64,000 nt of DNA from NCBI GenBank assembly GCA_051362555.1, contig CM120649.1, positions 3,968,001 through 4,032,000 on the forward strand. Reading direction: 5' to 3'. Below, piece by piece: positions 50,219 through 64,000 of this stretch (positions are counted from its first letter, which is position 1; each line of letters opens with the position of its first letter). Source of the stretch: Lingula anatina (lineage: Eukaryota > Animalia > Brachiopoda). The position numbers were made by a program, and so were the translations under genes. The notes under the pieces were generated by a model. It was not told the origin of the DNA. It saw only the letters and a program-made list of their open reading frames with translations, and made no database searches.

Positions 50219-52160
50219 ATGTCCATAATACAACGCCAAAAGAATGGGGGCTCAGCCGCTTTGAGCGCATACAGGGACCAACATTTTAAGGTAAAAGAAA
50301 ATTCGAAATATTTAACTATAAACTGCAGGGCTTTGAGCTTGATTTTGATGAAGTTTGAAGCTAAAACGAGTAGACTTGTGTCAGTGAACTGTGAATCAAC
50401 TTCACAACAATTTTCAGTTTCACTTTTCAAAGTTTGTGGAGCTTTCATTAAGTATTTGTGTTTATTCATTCATATAATTCTATAGGGCAGTCGAATTTTG
50501 ATTCATTTACTAGTATTTATTCACTTTCAGGGCAGCCGTAAAGAGCAAGAAGAAGCACTTCTCCACTCCAGCACATTATATGTAGGGAATCTTTCTTTTT
50601 ACACCACAGAGGAACAAATTCATGAACTTTTTTCAAGATGTGGTGACATAAAAAGAATAATCATGGGACTAGACAGAGTTAAGAAGACGCCATGTGGTTT
50701 TTGTTTTGTGGAGTATCCTTAATTAGTAATTTTAACATGTGCAGTGATGATTAGTAGTTACAATATTCAGCCTCTGGAAAATGCTGTTACCATTAAGTTG
50801 TCAATTTTTTGTTTCAAATAAGTTGTCAAAGTGACCATTTTACATGATGTGAAAAAGTCTTTGGCTTAAAGAAAAAAGCAAGTGAAAGTTGCAAGATGTT
50901 TTGTACTCACTGACAGTAATAGCACAAAAAGAAAAAAATCTTTTCAATGGGGAGAATTTTACAGATACTTTTTTTCTGTCATAATTTTTACCTCCTCCAA
51001 GGAGGTTATGTTTTCACCCCTGTTTGTCTGTCTGTCAGCAACATAACTCAAAAAGTTATGGACCGGTTTTAATAAAATTTTCAGGAACTGTCAGAAGTGG
51101 GCCAAGGAACAGATGATTAGTTTTTGGTGGTGATCCGGATCAATTATCGGTCAATAATCAATAATCAAAAATATTGAAAATTTAGAGGTGAAACGGCACT
51201 GGATGGAGACTTTGCTGCCTTGGCAGAGGTCTGCGCTCTCTGAGTGCTTTTATGATTTAAAAATAGAACATTCTTTTTGAGTGTTAGCGACAAAATTAAA
51301 AAAAAAAAAAAAAACAGGCTACTCTTTTGCTCACCTATGCATTAAAAGCAGCACAAATGCTATATAGAAATATATTTTTATGATGACAAAATTAGGTATC
51401 TTAAAGTTGGATAATTTTTGCCCATTGAAAAGATCGAGTAATCACCATAATATTCATTCGAGCAATGTTGCTAAGAAAATGTACCAAACATGCTCCTTGA
51501 CCTGTTCACTAAGATATTACACAAGAGAAGATGCAGAAATGTGTGTGCGCTACGTCAATGGTACGAGGTTAGATGATCGTATCGTACGGGCAGACTGGGA
51601 CGCTGGCTTCAGAGAGGGAAGGCAATATGGCCGTGGGAAAACAGGAGGACAGGTAGGCAGTGCTGGTGTTTTATTGATGTCACCTCATTTTGGTGCTTAG
51701 TAATATTAGTCAGTTTTGTGGCAGCATTCATCATCTGGTTCATTTATAAATGGTTACCTTAAAGGTCTTTCTGTATACAGAGAAAATGAAAATTGCCTGG
51801 GAATTTCATCACTTTTCCATTAATCACCCTGTTGTTCCCTGTCCAAAACTAATGAGAAATTTGTGGTGTGTAATTAATAAAGTTTGGCCCATTTTCAAGT
51901 TCTCAGTTTTCTCACTTTTACCATCAAAAATTAACCTCGAACTCACAAACAAGTTTGTAGATTGTAATTTAGTACATGGTTTTTAAAGCCTTGGTGCCTT
52001 TGACATGCATAAATTTGTTTTAATTTTATACGAACTAAAACTTTTCTCCTTGTTGTAATTTCAGGTGAGAGACGAATACAGAAATGATTACGACGATGGT
52101 CGAGGAGGATACGGAAAGATAGTGACCAATAAATGGACTGGCAAGCCTCCTACCACATAA
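50219..52160 (+). CDS. NCBP2: Nuclear cap-binding protein subunit 2 (CBP20)
   Basis: Exons 50219-50290 (SAYRDQHFK), 50531-50712 ([27 protein letters not shown]), 51514-51652 ([20 protein letters not shown]) and 52065-52160 ([18 protein letters not shown]). Confidence 0.98.
50713..51513 (+). other. U12-type (minor spliceosome) GT-AG intron
   Basis: 5' site GTATCCTT; branch site TCCTTGAC at 51494-51501 close to the AG at 51512-51513; no long polypyrimidine tract; splicing restores CFVE|YY. Confidence 0.93.
50987..51251 (+). mobile_element. Helentron-associated non-autonomous element (HINE/DINE-1-like), copy 2
   Basis: TTACCTCCTCCAAGGAGGTTATGTTTTC...(CTGT)n...GCCTTGGCAGAGGTCTGCGCTCTCTGAGTGCTTTT. 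Confidence 0.75.
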
Positions 52161-54468
52161 AACTTCATACTCTGAATATTGTAAGATAGAGTTTAAGATT
52201 GGCCAACAGACACTGTTACATTGGTATGTTTTCAAAATGACACTGGCACCGATTACAAAAACACACATTAGACTGCATCCAGGGATATTTGAGGATAGAC
52301 TTAAAGATTTACCAACAGTCACTGTACCTTTGGGATGTTTTCTAAAAGTCTCTGGCATCAACTCCTGCCACATAAGACTTCAGTCAGTAAGCATTCTATA
52401 AAGATTGAACAACAGTGACTTTTTAAAACAATTTTGGAAAGAGACCATGACTGGCTTCATTCTTATGGTTTCATTTTCCCAGAAATAATTTTCAAAGCAC
52501 ACAGTTTAGCAGAGAGTTCATTATCTAGGTTTTTAAGGAGATAACATGACTTGAACATGGGAATCATTTTCAGCAAGACACCAGCATGATTTTATTTGGT
52601 TCATTCACTTTATTATTATTTAACTGGTACAAGTTCATTGTGAGTTGAAGAAGACCAATTTGGAAATTTATGTATCAAGTTTTGGTGAACCCGCCAACTC
52701 AAGTTCTTTTGTAAAACCCCCTTCTGAAGTTTCCAGGACTATATTTGTAAGACTATCTGATTATTGAATACCCTGCAGATTTTGATTCCATATGGTTTTA
52801 TCCTTTATAGCGAGAGGAAGAGAGATTTGCAGGGTTATTTCAGAGATTTATCATTACTTTAGTAATTTTTTTATATATGTATAATTCAATATCATCTCAC
52901 ATCGTTTGTTTTGTCATGTTCTTCATTGTATGACTGAGAGAGTGAGAGCATTAGTGTTTATTGTAAATTTGAAGAAAACTAATGCTATAGCAGTGAAAGA
53001 AAGGAAACTGTTCTTTTTTATTAGCTTAATCCATGAAATGTATCATTTTCAAGATGATAAAAAAAAACATTATGAAGTTGGTTAGTTCTTTTTCTTCGAG
53101 AAAAACAAAGAAATCAGAGTCCACCTTTGCCAATTTATTTATAAAACTGCAGCAGCATAAAAGAATACAATAAGTAAAATAATAAAAATAATGACACTAA
53201 ACAGCCTTTAACAACTTGTTTCACATAACTCACTGTCACTACAGAGCTAAAATACATCATTTAAAGCTGAAAGTAGTCTTTACTTCATCTGTAAACGGGA
53301 CGGAAAAGAGAAAATAACATGTAAAATTGATATTTCTAAAAAGTAAAGTAAGCCTTCAATGCATTAATAGTTTATAGCTTATTTTTGAAAAAAACTGGTT
53401 TGTCATAGTTTTCAATCTTTTGTATATCCCACAAGATAAATTTGAATAAAAATATGTAAGAAATATTCTGATTCAATGTGCCTAATTTGTACTCTTTTGA
53501 ACCTGATGCTGAAGTCTTACAATTACAGACTGAAAATCATTGCCTTTCTCAACCTGATCTTGATACCAAATTTAGGACTGTGCCTTGAAAGCTAAGAAAT
53601 TAATATAAAGGAGAAAGCAGTTCAAAAGGTATATAATAATGCATGCAATTGCACACAAAGTCAAAACACCTAATATATATACCACACACTCACACTATAG
53701 CTGTGTTTTACTGCTTATCAATTGTAACAGTATTACAAAAATAAATTCTTTGCTTCTTTTTGCTTAGAGTTAGTAGTTCTGATGGAATGTTTTTGTATTA
53801 CAAGAAAGTTTGAAATTCATCTACTATTACTACTATCTATCTAATCTGCTTACTCAGCACCTTTTGTTTTATAAATTATCTAAATTGTCCCATTTTGTTT
53901 TTTTCACTGTTCCTCTCATTTTGATTTTTTCTTATAAGTAGGTAAAAGTGCTTTTTTAGTGTGGAATGCTATCATGTCAATTCTTTTTTTAATGTATTCT
54001 TAAAATAGCAGTGAACTTTTTATTTTAAGAATTGTTCACATATACAATTTTTAAAAAATCATTTACTCTGATTTATTATCAATGCTTTTTGATAAAGTAA
54101 AAAGGGAGTTACATGTGTTTTTGCATTATCTAAGCCAACAACAAGGTATATACATAGCAATTATATGTAAACCTTCATGAGAATATTAATAAAAGTTCTT
54201 AACACATTGGATACATTAAAACATTGTCACTCAGCAATCTTGAGATGTTTTTTTTTTTCAAGTTCAATGAATCATTTAGACATATCTTTATATAAGTTTT
54301 TTCTCGTCTCTTGTGTGATGATGGTAGAAAATTAAATTGCTTCTAAAGACAATCAAACATGCTTTTCATCAAAAAGTTTGGTTGAAACATCATATTTTCA
54401 AACATGCTAGAATAATTTGCTTGTTTACCAACAACAGTTTTCTTCCTTAATTGGGGGACCTAAGACAA

Positions 54469-62070
<7,602 letters not shown>

Positions 62071-62339
62071 CTTGACGGTAAAAGTATTTGTTACCGGAAG
62101 CTAGATGGCTGTCTCGCACCAATTATTTTGCACTATTCACATTCGACAAAAAACCATTACAAAATTTTGTTAAGTAATTGTAAATTTGAATGTTGGTGTA
62201 TTAAGAGAAATACTGTTCAAAAATATAATTTTTACATTTAGAAACATCGGTTAGCTAAAGGAGAAAAAGACTTATGATTTAGACAGCGCGGACCTTATTG
62301 TGTTTACGTGACCTTCACCTTGCGACCACATGTTGAAAA
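62071..62339. promoter_or_regulatory. Bidirectional promoter and 5'UTRs of ANKRD42 and NUFIP1
   Basis: Divergent ATGs at 62070(-) and 62340(+); ETS-like CCGGAAG at ~62094. Confidence 0.7.
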
Positions 62340-62659
62340 ATGTTCCAACAACACAGAGGAAGCTTCCATCCGAATCAGCGAGGATTTCCCGGTCCAAGAC
62401 CTCCGAATTTTGGCAGTGGGCCTCCAAGACACCATGGACCTCCCCCACATATACGGCCACCGCCGGGAATTGGGTTTGAAGAGTTTGGGCCAGGGGGACC
62501 AATGCCTCCTCGTTTCTCAGGTCCTGGACGTGGGGTGGACTTCCCCGGACGCGGAATGCCTCCTTATGGGCTCAGGGGTGGAAGATTTCATGGAAACAGG
62601 GGCGGATTTCGAGGTCGAGGAGGGAATTTCCGAGGAGGATCGCATCCGGTAAATAACAT

Positions 62660-62699
<40 letters not shown>

Positions 62700-63302
62700 T
62701 TTACTTTGCCCCTACCCCCAAGCTTTTGAAAAAAAAAATAATAAAATGAAGAATTAATCGGTTTATTGTCTCAGGACATAACTCTGAGCTGATTTATGGG
62801 CTACTTCAATGGTTGATTAAAAATCAATATAATACTTTTGTACTTGATACTTTTGCACGTGAAACCTTTTAATCTGTTAATTGGGCATAAGCATAAGACT
62901 TAAAGGGATAATAACTCTTCATTTTGGTCAAAAAATGAATTTTCCTGGAGTAAACAACAATTTTCCCATACTTACCAATGGTTAATGAATCCATTTTTAC
63001 ATTCAAAGTTAGTCCCTGGTTTTTTCTAAAAAGTTTGGTTTTTTGTTAAAATCTCTTAAGAGATTATAACAAAGTACAGCCATCAATGGGAGTCACGTGA
63101 TCTGAAGACAAGCTCAGATATCAGAATAATAGCTTTAACTGCCATTTTTGTGGTAAAACAGAATATATATAATTATATTTCTATGAGTTGTTCACAATGT
63201 TTTTATTGTGAAATAAAGATATCATACGAAGAGTTATTATCCCTTTAAGTAAAATTAAGTTCGAGAAATTTCGGGTATGATCCCAACACCCGTCAGATTA
63301 CA

Positions 63303-63364
<62 letters not shown>

Positions 63365-63794
63365 GTTCAGAAAAAGATCAAAGTGGACAAGAGAGACTTG
63401 CCAGAAAACAACAAATTTTACTGTGATGCCTGTGATAGGGGGTTTAAGACAGACGACAAGTTTAAAGAACATGTGGATGGACATCAGAAAGTGAGTAAAA
63501 ATTATAATTATTGGTGTCACTTTAAATTAAGAGCCTACTTTCCTACATGAAGCCAACACATTTTTCAGAATTTTTGAATAAATTCTAGATATAACTACTT
63601 AGACATGGGTTTTGGAAATGTATTTAGTTTTGTTTGCATTAAGTGAGATTAACTTAGTAAATATTAATATTTTTGTTATTTTGTCTGAAATTCAAACATG
63701 TAAGTAATTAACACAATTTTTTCTTTCTAAGTGTCATTATGATGGATGTTCCTACATAGCGGCTCCCAAACTTGTGAAGTTACACATAGATCTG
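62340..63794 (+). CDS. NUFIP1: NUFIP1 (FMR1-interacting, box C/D snoRNP assembly factor), 5' part; continues beyond the window
   Basis: Exons 62340-62648 (Pro/Gly/Arg-rich), 63371-63490 (FYCDACDRGFKTDDKFKEHVDGHQK) and 63732-63794 (CHYDGCSYIAAPKLVKLH): tandem C2H2 fingers as recalled for NUFIP1. Confidence 0.85.
62904..63244 (+). mobile_element. Complete MITE with TTAA target-site duplication (Kolobok-like)
   Basis: TTAA|AGGGATAATAACTCTTC ... GAAGAGTTATTATCCCT|TTAA: perfect 17-bp TIR with RR...YY ends. Confidence 0.88.
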
Positions 63795-64000
63795 GTGAGT
63801 TAGAATTGATTAATTCATCACTTTAGGGAAACTCCACATAAATTAAGTAAATTAGAATTAAAAGATATCAGGTGCATAAGTTAGGAGGACATAATTATAA
63901 TTAAATATTTTTGTAGAAAATGGATTTACACATCTTCGTGATGTATAATCAGAGCATTTGCCAACCTGAAGTACTAAAGTAAGCCAGAGACCAATCATCT

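Noticed and set aside
49726-50289. 187-aa ORF across the PIGZ/NCBP2 promoter, considered as a possible NCBP2AS2-like gene
   Set aside because: Non-ATG start, overlaps both first exons out of frame or antisense, and shows no recognisable similarity.

Overview
AT-rich eukaryotic (metazoan, probably marine invertebrate) genomic DNA with spliceosomal introns. No prokaryotic operon, CRISPR array, rRNA or tRNA gene was seen. By manually splicing exons I can reconstruct nine protein-coding genes. The left two-thirds holds secreted or surface genes: a 171-aa Cys-rich secreted protein with resistin/PCSK9 C-terminal-like modules, a somatomedin-B-type surface protein, a GAL3ST-family sulfotransferase, a quiver/Ly6 three-finger GPI protein, and an astacin-SUEL lectin-PAN-PAN metalloprotease. 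The right third is a compact housekeeping block: PIGZ <> NCBP2 >< ANKRD42 <> NUFIP1 (partial), with two ~270-bp head-to-head promoters and a U12-type intron in NCBP2. Mobile DNA includes a decayed LINE, several MITEs (one carrying a RecQ-helicase fragment between hairpin TIRs), a TTAA Kolobok-like MITE, two Helentron/HINE-like copies and an 11x53-bp minisatellite. Gene models and family calls come from reading the sequence and from recalled family motifs, not from searches. The best novelty candidates are the RecQ-fragment transposon, the stand-alone PCSK9-CHRD-like protein and the astacin-lectin-PAN architecture. None is proven to be a new system.
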